A DNA stretch of 64,000 bases from Hydrolagus colliei. Lineage: Eukaryota. Location of the stretch: assembly GCA_035084275.1 (NCBI GenBank), contig CM068754.1, positions 8,370,001-8,434,000 on the forward strand, in the 5' to 3' direction. Under the pieces are notes generated by a model. That model did no database searches. It was not told the DNA's origin and saw only the letters and a list, made by a program, of their open reading frames with translations. The position numbers and the translations under genes were made by a program. This document shows positions 1 through 11,647 of the stretch, piece by piece (position 1 is the stretch's first letter; every line of letters starts with the position of its first letter).

Positions 1-905
1 TACTGAAATACATAGTGAACTGCACTGTATCTATAGTATTTTCATTCATTTGCGCTGTCATTGAAAAACAGTGAGTCAGACTGAAAATGATTGAAAGAAT
101 TAACCTGTGTGAAATGATGGAAGTTCAAATATACCCACTGCATTTAAAACATTGCCATTTGCTACACATATATCAATGCAACAGTTGCTGATCTGATGGA
201 ATAAAATTTCATTGGGGAAACTCCACATAGAGCGTCTACATCAAGCTTTCGTACAATCAGAATCATTGCAGAAATCCTGTAAATAACAACAAAATTACAT
301 TTGTATAATGCCTTTCACATTGTAAAGTTCAGATATGCTGAAATAAAAGTACACCCAGCAGGGCAAAATGTCTAAAAATGGCAAAAATAATAATATAACC
401 ACTTAATAACAACAAAACCTGTATAGGATGACTCTAGTACAGAAATACAATAGGTTGTCGCTTTGAATTCATTGCAGGACTACATTAGGAACAGATGCTG
501 AAATCACCAACACGCAGCTCCAATTCTAATTTTGAGACATATATTGTGCAAGGGTACATTACATCAAAGATTTCTAAGCAAATAACTGTGATTGCCAGTC
601 AGCCTTAATTTAAGGAAACGTTCTTTCTCTAACTAAATGCAAACTAGGGTCTCTTCAAGAATTTGGCAAACTGAGTGCTGTTCCTGAGAGCTTCCATCAC
701 ACACATCACTGCATCACTCTCCAGCAAAACTAAAAGTGGAATAAGAATTACTTATGAATATACATTGTGTTTAATACCCTATGTAATAAGTAATTAAAAT
801 GTACTGTGACTGGACACTTAAGGAACATCCAAGGAAAATTTACAGTTATTAAAATGTAAAGAGCAGTGAAAGAAGTTGCATTTCAGTAACCGGGACTGGA
901 TGAAG

Positions 906-1236
906 GATAATAATAATAATAATACTTGCAATTGATACAGCGCTTTTTACATCTTATCAACATCTCAAAGCGCTTCACAGAATATACTGTAAAGTGAATT
1001 GACTGTATATTTGTGGGCGAAACGCGGCAGCCAATTGTGCACGGCAATGTCCCACAAACAGCTGTGGATTGAAATGACCAATTTTTATTATTGTGTTTAT
1101 TTTTGGATGGATTATTATTAGGCATGTGTGTGGAGAAATGAAACTTGCCCAAGGTTTCACCCTGATCTGCCTGGATTCGAACACAGGTCTCACGCTTGTA
1201 AGGCGAGTGCTCTAACCATTGAGCTACAGGAGCTCC
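906..1236 (-). mobile_element. Full-length tRNA-derived SINE with L2-type 3' tail
   Basis: Minus strand reads GGAGCTCCTGTAGCTCAATGGTTAGAGCACTCGCCTTACAAGCGTGAGACCTGTGTTCGAATCC (Pol III A and B boxes), a body shared with copies at 1816, 4529, 16966, 26049 and 47659, and ends in (ATT)n. Confidence 0.9.
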
Positions 1237-1815
1237 AACAGGATATCTCTTTAAAAATATGGACCTAAAGAAAGATTTTGAAATGATAATAGTAACAATA
1301 CACTGACTTGATATTGCACCTTTTCCACTGTGAGGAAGTTTTAAACCGCTTGACGAGATTTACTGCAATTAAAATGACTATTTTATAGGCAAATGAAAAT
1401 TTTGCTAATTACTGAGCAATCACTGGAAGTATGCAATCAATGTGGAGTTCTTCATGATAAGGCCAATCATGCACCAGGAATGGCTTTAAGAGACATTTGG
1501 CCATTAAATCAAAAGAATAATACTATATTGCAATCTGATATAACTCACTGAAGGTTGTGATTGGGGTATTTTTCCACAGCCGCAGCTATTTGTTAAAACA
1601 AGGGAGGGTTTAGCGAGGAATATCAACTGGTGCCTGCAGGAGCTAAGCATGTCTTGAGAAACCACCACAGGCAGCAAGCTAAGCAACATTCTCAGCCACT
1701 GCAACGGTGATAGATTAACTGAAAAAAGCAGCCAGGAGCTCCAGTATTTAATCTTTTACTGAATTTCATCAGGAATTATTCAGTGAAATAAATAGCTGAA
1801 CTATTTGTTCAATTT

Positions 1816-2128
1816 AATAATAATCCTTGCATTTTGATATAGCGCTCTTCACATCTTCTAGACGTCTCAAAGTGCTTCACAGAATATACAGTAAAGTGAA
1901 TTGACTATATTTGTGGGTGAAACGCAGTAGCCAATTGCGCACAGCAATGTCCCACAAACAGTCGTGGATTGAAATGACCAATTTTTATTATTGCGTTTTT
2001 TTAAAGGGATTATTATTAGGCATGTGGAGTAAGGAAACTTTCCTAAGGTTTTACCCTGACCTGCCTGGATTCGAACACAGGTCTCACGCTTGTAAGGCGA
2101 ATGCTCTAGCCACTGAGCTACAGGACTC
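1816..2128 (-). mobile_element. Full-length tRNA-derived SINE (same family)
   Basis: Colinear with 906-1236; A box TAGCTCAGTGG, B box GTTCGAATCC, (ATT)n tail. Confidence 0.9.
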
Positions 2129-2379
2129 AGTTTGGTCAATAATATAAGCAGCCCCACCCCACGTCAATAGATTTCTTTAATTCAATCCGTAAATTTTAGT
2201 CAATTGGGGTACTGTATTTAAAAGATGTCTATTTTCCATTATTCATTCAATTTAATTTAGTAACTTGATAAATAAATCAGGTAAGCATTGGAATCGTTTC
2301 AAAAATTGCTGCTACTGGATGCTGATTTAATGTGGATTCCACACATCCCAAAACTGGGGCCAGGTTTCACACATGCCAA

Positions 2380-2640
2380 ACACCTTCCAGTTTTTTGCCC
2401 AAGTCACGATTACTCATGTGGGAGTCAATGACAGCAACTGTTGACAGACAGGCAGTTTGACTGCGGAGAGGAGCAGTGCCAAGTCCCTTCCTATCTTCAT
2501 CTGACCTTGACATAAGTATGAAATGTCCAGCAGGGATGGCTTGGTGGTGATCTGATGGGTGAATCCTAGCCAATTGTTAACTTGTTAACCCAAGAGATCA
2601 GAGATCATTTATCACACTCCAACTGCAGACTGGCTGAGTC
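2380..2640 (-). mobile_element. Ancient degraded SINE-like repeat (family also at 6250, 28460, 52545, 53005)
   Basis: Diverged motifs colinear with the reverse complement of 52670-52920; by-eye alignment only. Confidence 0.45.
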
Positions 2641-3737
2641 TCTAAAATATTTGATTGGCACTCACTTTGCCACCATAAAATGACACAAGTGCAATTGAAA
2701 ATATTCACACTATTGGCTGGTCTATCAATTTAAATGAGCAATGACTTTTCTTAGTACATACCACAGTGCACCTACAGACAAACTGATGAACTCTATACTG
2801 CTATCAGGTCAGAGGGGTCAATTTGAAGTAAAGAACAACAACTTGTGTTCATATAGTACTCTTCATGTGGGCGTAGTGTCTCGAAGCATGTAGCCAAGGC
2901 GTAGTTTGATGCTGAGCCAGAGAATAAAGAGATTTGACTGGAGTCACAGTGGAAGAGGAAAATCTTCAGTTGTGATCGGAAAATAGGCCAAGGGGGGACA
3001 AGGTGGAGGGATCGAGACAGGAAGATCCAGGGACAATGGAAATAAAGCTAAGGGTATTTGTTCCTGCTTCCTTTTCATTTACAAAAAAATTACAAAATCT
3101 AAAAAATTGTTAGTTGTTTCCGATTGAAAAAGTACAAAATAGGCAGTCTATGTTTATAAGTAACAAATATTGCATCCAATACTGGACACAAGACCCAATA
3201 TTATTATCATTAATCTTTGAATTTATGTAATGAAATGCCTTGCGTACAATTCAAAACAAAATTTACGCATTGGAGAGGGGATAATAGGAAAACAGCATTT
3301 TAATACTGAGAGTTAAGGTTCTATGAATACGGAGATACTCGGAGCTGAAGCAGTTATCGTTAAAGAGTAAAAAAGAGACACTATTCAAGTTTCTAAACTA
3401 CTATCTTAGAATAGGATGGTTTCAAACCTACTGGGATCATAGAAATAATCTTGAATTTATGATAGAGTGGATTATACATGATCTGTGGGATGAGTGGGAC
3501 AAGATCAAATGGCTTTCTCTAATTTGATGCTTCTTCCATTCTTGTACCATATTCTTTTGTACCTTCTTAAATTATACTGTCAACACGAGACTTTAACGGT
3601 TTCAATATTTTATCTGAGACTTCAAAGGATTTCTTTGCCATTCAACAATAATCATCCTTGCATTTGATATAGCACTTTCTCGAAGCACTTCAAAGGATAC
3701 ACCGTAAAGTATCAATCAATCAAAATCAATCAAAACT

Positions 3738-4088
3738 TACACGCCCACCCGGACCCTCCGTTCAACAGGACTTGGCCTGCTCCAAGCCCCCCGCCCGAAC
3801 CGCCCCACCATCGGAGGCCAGGCCTTCAGTTTCTCCGCTCCCACCCTATGGAATGCCATCCCTCAATCCCTCCGTCTCGTTTCTTCCCTTTCCTCTTTCA
3901 AGGCCGGTTTGAAGACTTTCCTCTTCGATCGTGCCTTTTGTTCCACCCCGAATTTTTCTACCTCCCCTTCGTGTTTTACCCCTTCCCAAACACTCCCCTC
4001 TCAGCTCGGGTCACACGCCTCCTGTGCAGCGCCTTGGGACGTCCTCCCGACGTGAAAGGCGCTCTATAAATGTAATTTGTTGTTGTTG
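3738..4088 (+). mobile_element. L2-clade LINE, 5'-truncated 3' end
   Basis: Encodes TLRSTGLGLLQAPRPNRPTIGGQAFSFSAPTLWNAIP...FKGRLKTFLF (L2 ORF2 C-terminus); near-identical to 24289-24655; ends in (TTG)n. Confidence 0.9.
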
Positions 4089-4365
4089 TTTATATAGTGC
4101 CTTTCACATTGAGAGGACGTCCCAAGTCGCCGTACAGTCAGGTATGGACAAGAGTAGGGGGCAAGGGGTCAGGGGAGGGTGAAGGAGAGTAGGAGAATTG
4201 ACTGTATATTTGTGGGCGAGACGTGGCAGCCAAATTGTGCACAGCAGTGTCCCACAAACAGTCATGGAAGTGGGATTAGGGGAGAAAGGGTGGAAAGATG
4301 GCAAGGGGAGGGGTCAGGGTAGGGGGAAGGAGAGCAGGAAAACCGACTGTGTATTTGTGGGCGAA
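4089..4365 (-). mobile_element. Chimeric L2-tail/SINE-body repeat
   Basis: Inverted L2 tail (4089-4137), purine-rich spacers, SINE body segment (4197-4268) and a second partial copy of it (4345-4365). Confidence 0.65.
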
Positions 4366-4528
4366 TGTATAGTGACTTTATGTTCTTACTTGTATTCCAG
4401 TGGATTATTTTAATAGCTGCTTTTAATAGCTGCTTTAATTGTATTCACTTTAACTGGATTTGTTAGAATCAAGAAGCTATATCTGTGTATTTTTCGAAAC
4501 AAATCCTCCTAACGTTTCATAATATTTA

Positions 4529-4837
4529 AATAATAATAATTCTTGCATTTGTTACAGTGCTTTTGACGTCTTCCAGATGTCTCAAGCACATAATATAATG
4601 TAAAGTGAATTGATTATGTATGTGGTCGAAATGCAGCAGCCAATTGCACACATCAGTGTCCCACAAACACTTGTAGATTGAAATGACCTCTTTAGTATTG
4701 TTTTTTTTTGAGGGATTATTATCAGGTATGTGGAGTAAGTAAACTTGCTCAAGGTTTCTTCCCGACTTGCTGGGAATTGAACCCAGGTCTCTCGATTGGG
4801 AGGCAAGCTCTCTAACCACCGAGCTACAGGACTCCAC
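4529..4837 (-). mobile_element. Full-length tRNA-derived SINE
   Basis: Head GTGGAGTCCTGTAGCTCGGTGGTTAGAG on the minus strand, shared body and tail. Confidence 0.88.
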
Positions 4838-6249
4838 TTCAAGGGTTGAAATAAGCAACCAGACAATTGAAACGGAATAACCTGAATGTGAAAATTAAAG
4901 TACAGAAATAAGTGGTGGTAAGTTCTCACAGAATTTAGAATAATCATTGGTGCAACTGGGACTGTTAATGACAATTCAGAAATAGCTTGACAAGATACCT
5001 GATGCATAAAATGTCCACCTCCTGCAGAAAGTAGTTAATTTGGGATGTTCAAATGTACTTATACTCCATTAAAGTGTAACATTGTTATTGCTCTTTGTAC
5101 ACCACTAAAAAAAAACTCTTAGAAATTACAACCAATGTGGATTTTAAACTATCTATAATACTAATAATAATCCTTAAGTTTATATTGCGCTTTCCACATC
5201 TTATCGACATCGACATCTCAAAGCGCTTCACAGTGATCTGAACTGTAATATGTATTATAATAGCAAGGGTAGAATAAGAGTCTCCCAGTTTTTTTATCTG
5301 GTTTTGGTCTAATTATTGGTCCAGCCAAGAAGTGAGAAAACTTTCTCACAAAGGTAGCAGGTAGGTTTGAGTGACAGGCTACCTTGCAATTCAAACTGTG
5401 ACCATCTGGTTGGGAGTCAGGCGTTCCACTGCTTGTGCTTGTGGGCTGCGCTTTCATAACTTTGAGTTGAAATCTATAAATAACCCACTGGAAGTATACT
5501 GCAAATTTAGCTTGTCAGTGGTTAATATTTCTGTTTTATATTCTGTCAAATAATGGTTTATTTTATAGCCATTATAAATATCTTAGAGTAACAGTTTCTA
5601 TAGACTCTTTCGTATAAAAATATATATCATTTGAAATTGATTGCCTACTTACCCTACCAATCAATTTTTTTCCCCCAAAGTTGCTCTTGGAATGCACGTT
5701 TCAGCAGTTGCTTCCAATTTTCTTCTAGCAATCCTTCCATAATTTGTTAAGAAAGCAACATGAAATATTGCAGTTAATCTTGTGTTTTTCCATCAATCTC
5801 TTCAACTATCACTCTGCAGCCCACTATGTCCACATCTGTCAAAGTATAGGTCCTCTCATTTTTATAACAGACCTTCCAAACCATGTGCTGTTTAAACTTC
5901 ACCAAACATTCCTTCGGGCAGCACTATTATGCATTATGTTGTGTCTCATTTGCAGTTTAACTCGCAATTTGAAACTCAGAACAAACATTGAGTCTCATTT
6001 GTTTGCTTTGGGAAGCAACGTTCCCAGTTGCTGGCCCATAAAGACTGAATTGGAATATTTTCCAAATTTAGCTTTTGTCCACCAGGAAAACCTTTTGAAA
6101 GCTGAATATAACTCTAAACGTTATCCAAGATGCAACAAAAGATGTATTTATGCCAGGCTCTGTGTTGCTGCTGGAGCTGGGCAATACATGCCAAAAGCAG
6201 TAGTCTCTAAAGATCAGCCTTTGTTACATTGCCACCTTCATGAAATGTC

Positions 6250-6512
6250 TTGATGCTGAGCTCCCCCTGTGGTTGAGGGTGTGAATGCACTGCCTGCTCT
6301 GTCACTGAGCCATTCCAACTTGGAACATCCAGGGCGCAATCCCAGGTCTGGGTTGTGTTAGCCGATCCCTGCCAAGGAAAAGCATAATTGATCTCAGCCT
6401 TCCAGCAGAGGTTCCTGGACAGCAATCAGAAAACAAATGGTAAATGTGTTTTTTCTCTCCCTAACCCAATGCCCCTCCTGCTCTCTGGCTGAGATGAACG
6501 AACAGCATTGAC
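6250..6512. mobile_element. Two opposite-orientation fragments of an ancient SINE-like repeat
   Basis: 6250-6380 resembles the family 5' part on +; reverse complement of 6401-6430 (TCTGATTGCTGTCCAGGAACCTCTGCTGGAA) matches CCTGATTGCTATCCAGCGACTACCCTGCTG at ~52720. Confidence 0.5.
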
Positions 6513-7906
6513 AGATGTCAATGGCATTGTCCTTCTTATTTTATTCACTTATTCGCAAGAGTTGCCTTCACTGTGCTTGGTGGTCCCCTTGCTTTGATCT
6601 GGAGTGTTATATTGATATTCTGTGGTGTTTCTGTCATGGATATGACCTCTATATGTTGAGTAAATTTTAAAAAGTAACTTATTCAAGTTGCATGCATGCT
6701 TGATTCACAGGGATTCAACACACACCAGTATCTTATATTTGACAGTTTAATGAGTTTCTTCAGTTCTTGGCTAAGTCATTATGTGAAACATATTGTGATT
6801 CCCGATCAGGGAAGAAGTACTGACAAACTGACCTTCCCCCATGTGAAGTGCAGCGCAATATTTGGCAATGAAGTCATCCAACATACCAGAGTTCAGTTGC
6901 CTATCTTTTCGCTCAAAACTCAGGGAGCTGAGAAGGTAATGATGTCTACTCCAGACTTCTTTATGACTTCAGTGCCTAGTGTTGCTCTGTGCTTAGCATG
7001 GGGCAAGTTAGCCTGGCAGTTCTTCTCTGATTAGTGAGACTTTCCAATCACAACACGTCTCTTGTAATAACTTAGCAAAGAAGGCAATAAGATGGCAAAG
7101 TTCTGGTATTAAAATCTAGTGTTAAAATATGTTCAAAGGCAAGGATTATTAAAATATGTACATTTAAATACGAGGAACATCCTGTAGCTCATTTTAATCT
7201 TCCTAAGGAAATGAACAACAACAACACTATGACATGAGGACATGGTGAGATCTTAAAAACTAACCACGCTCAAAAAGCCTGTAGAGTGCCCACTCTCACT
7301 TTAATGTGCATCTGCTCATATGACTCATAAAAGATCAGTGAAGGTAACCAGGATGAGGCTTCACAAAATCACAACCTTTTTTCCTTTGATTAAAATGACA
7401 CGATGCGCTATAAATAGTTATTATTTAAATGATCGTTAATTAAGAGCCACTTTTTAAAGTACTGATGATTATGAAATACTAATTGGACAAAAAATAGAAC
7501 ACAAATGAATGGTAGGACACCAGAAGAGGGAGAAGGTCAATAGGGTCCTAATGCCAGTCCATAGGTAGCTGGACAGGAAATATTCCAATCAGTTTGTGCA
7601 TTGTGCTCTGTGACTTAGATGTTTGCTTCCTGTTTCCACAAGCAGTTTATTGAATAAAATAACCGGACGGCACAGCAGCAAAGATGTCAAGGACGACATA
7701 CAGAAAATAAGAGCCGTCATAAGGCAGATTAAGACCAGTATACCTCTCAATGTTTAATTTACTTCTCCCACCACTCTCAATTAGTTATGCTCTAGCGCCA
7801 CTGGAGAATCAATGCTTTCCTGAAATCCCATTTTCCAATCTTCACTATTGTAAATCTATAGAATCTCAATACCTCTCAGTGCCTTTGCTTCAGAATATAC
7901 AACACA

Positions 7907-8076
7907 AAAAAAATTACACTTGTATAGTGCCTCTCACATTGGGAGGATGTCCCAAGGTGGGCAGATTTGAACCCGAGCAGGGTGGGTGTGTGAGTGTGGG
8001 GTAAGGAATGGTAGGAGGGTAGTCGTAGACATGGTCGAAGAGGGTCTTGAGACAAGCCTTGAAGGAGGCAAGGGAG
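7907..8076 (-). mobile_element. L2 3'-end fragment
   Basis: Minus strand encodes SFKACLKTLFDH followed by a diverged L2 tail. Confidence 0.75.
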
Positions 8077-10149
8077 CATAAATAAAAAGGGAGCATGAGC
8101 ATAAATCCTAACTTGAACAAAATATATATTTTCTTATGAAATGGTTTCCTTGTTCTTTCTTTTGAACAGAAGAACTGTCTCTATTTGTATTAGAAATGCT
8201 CTGATTCTTAATCTCTGGATTTATTAATAACCAACATGTTAATGTTAACAGAATGTTAATTTGCAACTCTGGACACTTGCAGGAACTGCGTCAAATAACT
8301 AGCAATCATGTGCGATGAATCACAAGAGGCGTTTTAGATACGCTGAAACATGCATTTACAATTTCTCATTTCAGAGCATAGACAATTACTTACCTGTACA
8401 AAAAAGTACCAATTTATTTTCAGTTACAACAATTCATGACACAGGTCACACTATTAATCTTAAAGAAATAACTGCAGAGTGGATCACTTTTGAATTTCAA
8501 ACCGAAATGCCAAAAGGGAAAAAGTTGCCAGGTTTTCTTTCTGGAAGATGTGGAACTTAAACCTCGTTCACTTCAGCTGGATTACCACCAAGTAACTCCC
8601 GCATTCCCAAGCCACTGAGCTTCCTCTTACTCTGTTACTTACAAAATTACTGTTTCTGCATATTCTTTTTGTGAAGTTACGACAACTTAACCGAGAACAT
8701 TGTGAATTAATGCATCTCTTGTTTAAATGCAGCAGAAATCCCGGCAGCATGATTCCAATCACTGGAATGTGTTGATATTGTCTTTGGTGAGCTTGACCAA
8801 AGATTGATTGGAATGCAATGCATTGCACAAGAGAATAAAAAGAAGACAGGGCTATTCCACCATGAATATATTAAGGTACTCAAATTTCTCAATGAATTAT
8901 TCCCGGAGAAAGCTCCCGCACTAGACTGTTTGTTACAGGCAAGGAATGATACCTTGCATCTTCTGAGCTTATTTTTGGAATCGATCAAACCTTTTTCATG
9001 AAATGGACTTGTATCATGGGGAAAATATAGAATAAACTAAGGTAAACATTCACTCACAAAATACACAGTATATATCCTGCGAAGCTTTGGGATGTCTCGA
9101 CAATGTGGCAGGCATTAAATCAAATGCAAAGATTATCACTCATACAGTATAAATAAACTTAAAAGCAGAAGAAAAACAAAGCAATTGTATGATTTTAGGA
9201 TAGAAAAACATTGATTCACTGGCACTGGTTTTTCTGGCTTCGTCTCAAGGCCAATGACTGATTTGAGTTTATGGACTTGTTGCTCTCTTTGGTTGCACAA
9301 TTGGTAACTCGTTTATAAGTTACATATTCAAATGGTTATTTTACTATCGAATATCTTTTGCAGAACAGAAGAAAATCGGGGAATAAAAATACATTGCTTG
9401 TAGTTTACGTACGACAGTTTCAATATAATATTCTATAAATCAAAATGATAGATGTTGCAAAAAAGATGAAAAATAAAGTACAGGACACATAGAACATTAT
9501 ACTATCCAATTATATTTTAGACTTCAGGCAATGCTGGAACACTGAGATGGTGCTAACAATTTTATATTCTTTTAATGGCTCCTTTGACTTTAAATTCTAG
9601 ATTAAATGAGGAACTCATTGAAGGTGCAATGGAACATTGCACCTTCAGAAAGTCACATTATATTGGATATCTGTTGTCCCTGTACTAATGGTGATGGAAA
9701 AGAAACACATTTCACTTCTGAGCTCAATCCCTATAATTTTAATAAAGAAATATTGTAAATTATTTAAAGATTTAGTAATATTATATATTTCTAAGAAGGT
9801 GTAGTTTCTTTCAAATCCTTAGAACAAAATGTTTCATTGGTACAATGGGGAATCATACAGTTTTAATGTGAAAATTAGTCAGTTCTCAATGGAATAATTA
9901 GTGATTTGCCAGCCAACATTTTGATTTGGCTGATTTTTTGATGTACAAATGTAATCTTTATTGTGAATAAATAATGTAAATTTTTCTGGGCATCATATGT
10001 ATTGTTACTTACATTGTGAAACACACATTGCATAACAATGTATTAGAATCTGGAATTCAGTATGTGTATAAACACAAGTTCCAGTGAAATACAAATATTT
10101 ATTCTTTTCACTATGTGATTTCAAAAAACAAAGAAGTTGAAAAACACAA

Positions 10150-10900
10150 AAAGTCTACCAATTGTTGTGAAGAAACCTTTGATTTGTTCTGTTATAATGA
10201 CTGACAATGCCGTGGATCATTTTTGTGTTACACACAATCCAAACGAATGAAAAGTTGAATCATTAACATTGAAGAATGTTAAAGTATTCACTTCTGGAAA
10301 CTGGGTTTGGACTCATCTGTAGTTCAGTGTGCTATGTTGGTAAAATGGGCCAGGGAGACAATTGAAAGACAAAGTACAACTGAGTGTTAAAATAAGCTCA
10401 AGGTCTCCCATTTTCCCTGCAGTATTCTGAAACACGTTTTATTGCTGCAAAAGATCAGTTCAGAAATATAAGTTTGTAACAAGCTGGTAGCATCCATCAA
10501 TATCAACTGCCCCAACCAATCTGTTTACCTGCATTGATTGAGTCTATCTCTTCATTATTATTGAAGGTCATAATTTATGTTATTTGGATTATGCTTAGTC
10601 TATGAATAAGGGCACTCAAAACCACCCACTGAAGCTAATTTGAGAATGAGAAAAGCTCTTGCCACTTGAGTAACTAGAGCAGGGCTCCCTGATCTCTGGA
10701 ACCATTCTGCACCATGAATCAAGGCAGTTGTGACATGTGAGAAATGATGTACAATCAATACACAATTTTGGTTCATTGCCTGATATAACCAGAGTTCCAG
10801 CTTCCAATGTGTGTCCAGTAACATTTGTTGGAAATTACAGGTCTGTAGATGTTACATGAGGACAGAGTCAAACTCAGATAGCATGTGCCTTCTCCTTGAA
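10150..10900 (-). pseudogene. Heavily decayed non-LTR retrotransposon reverse transcriptase relic
   Basis: Ordered, frameshifted remnants of RT motifs on the minus strand: YRPV, TALIH...ARAF...KLASVG, LQG (PQG-like), TDESK (ADDTK-like). Confidence 0.4.
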
Positions 10901-11221
10901 TAGTTCAATGATACCACCTAAGCTGGTCGATCCTCAAAGGTCATGTGGATAAGATAGAGCATGATAGACAAAATCTGAGGTGCCTCTCTTGAGCATCAGC
11001 TAGGATCTTCAGCGCAAGAGGAAAATTGAAGGTTTTTTTGTAACCATTGGTGAACATCTCTGTGAATTTATGAATAATGTGGTTTGCAAATCACAGTTTC
11101 ATTTTGTCTGTCTACCAAATGTAGAGAGATTATCCGAGATCCACAATACTTTTTTTTAAAGAAAACAGCCATGCTCAACTCTGCAATGGAAAGGCATTTT
11201 CAGGACAATGCATAACCCTTT

Positions 11222-11647
11222 NNNNNNNNNNNNNNNNNNNNNNNNNNNNNNNNNNNNNNNNNNNNNNNNNNNNNNNNNNNNNNNNNNNNNNNNNNNNNNN
11301 NNNNNNNNNNNNNNNNNNNNNNNNNNNNNNNNNNNNNNNNNNNNNNNNNNNNNNNNNNNNNNNNNNNNNNNNNNNNNNNNNNNNNNNNNNNNNNNNNNNN
11401 NNNNNNNNNNNNNNNNNNNNNNNNNNNNNNNNNNNNNNNNNNNNNNNNNNNNNNNNNNNNNNNNNNNNNNNNNNNNNNNNNNNNNNNNNNNNNNNNNNNN
11501 NNNNNNNNNNNNNNNNNNNNNNNNNNNNNNNNNNNNNNNNNNNNNNNNNNNNNNNNNNNNNNNNNNNNNNNNNNNNNNNNNNNNNNNNNNNNNNNNNNNN
11601 NNNNNNNNNNNNNNNNNNNNNNNNNNNNNNNNNNNNNNNNNNNNNNN
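11222..11647. other. Assembly gap (426 N)
   Basis: Run of N. Confidence 1.

Noticed and set aside
5744-6253. 169-aa ORF
   Set aside because: No recognisable motif, non-ATG start, no supporting splice structure
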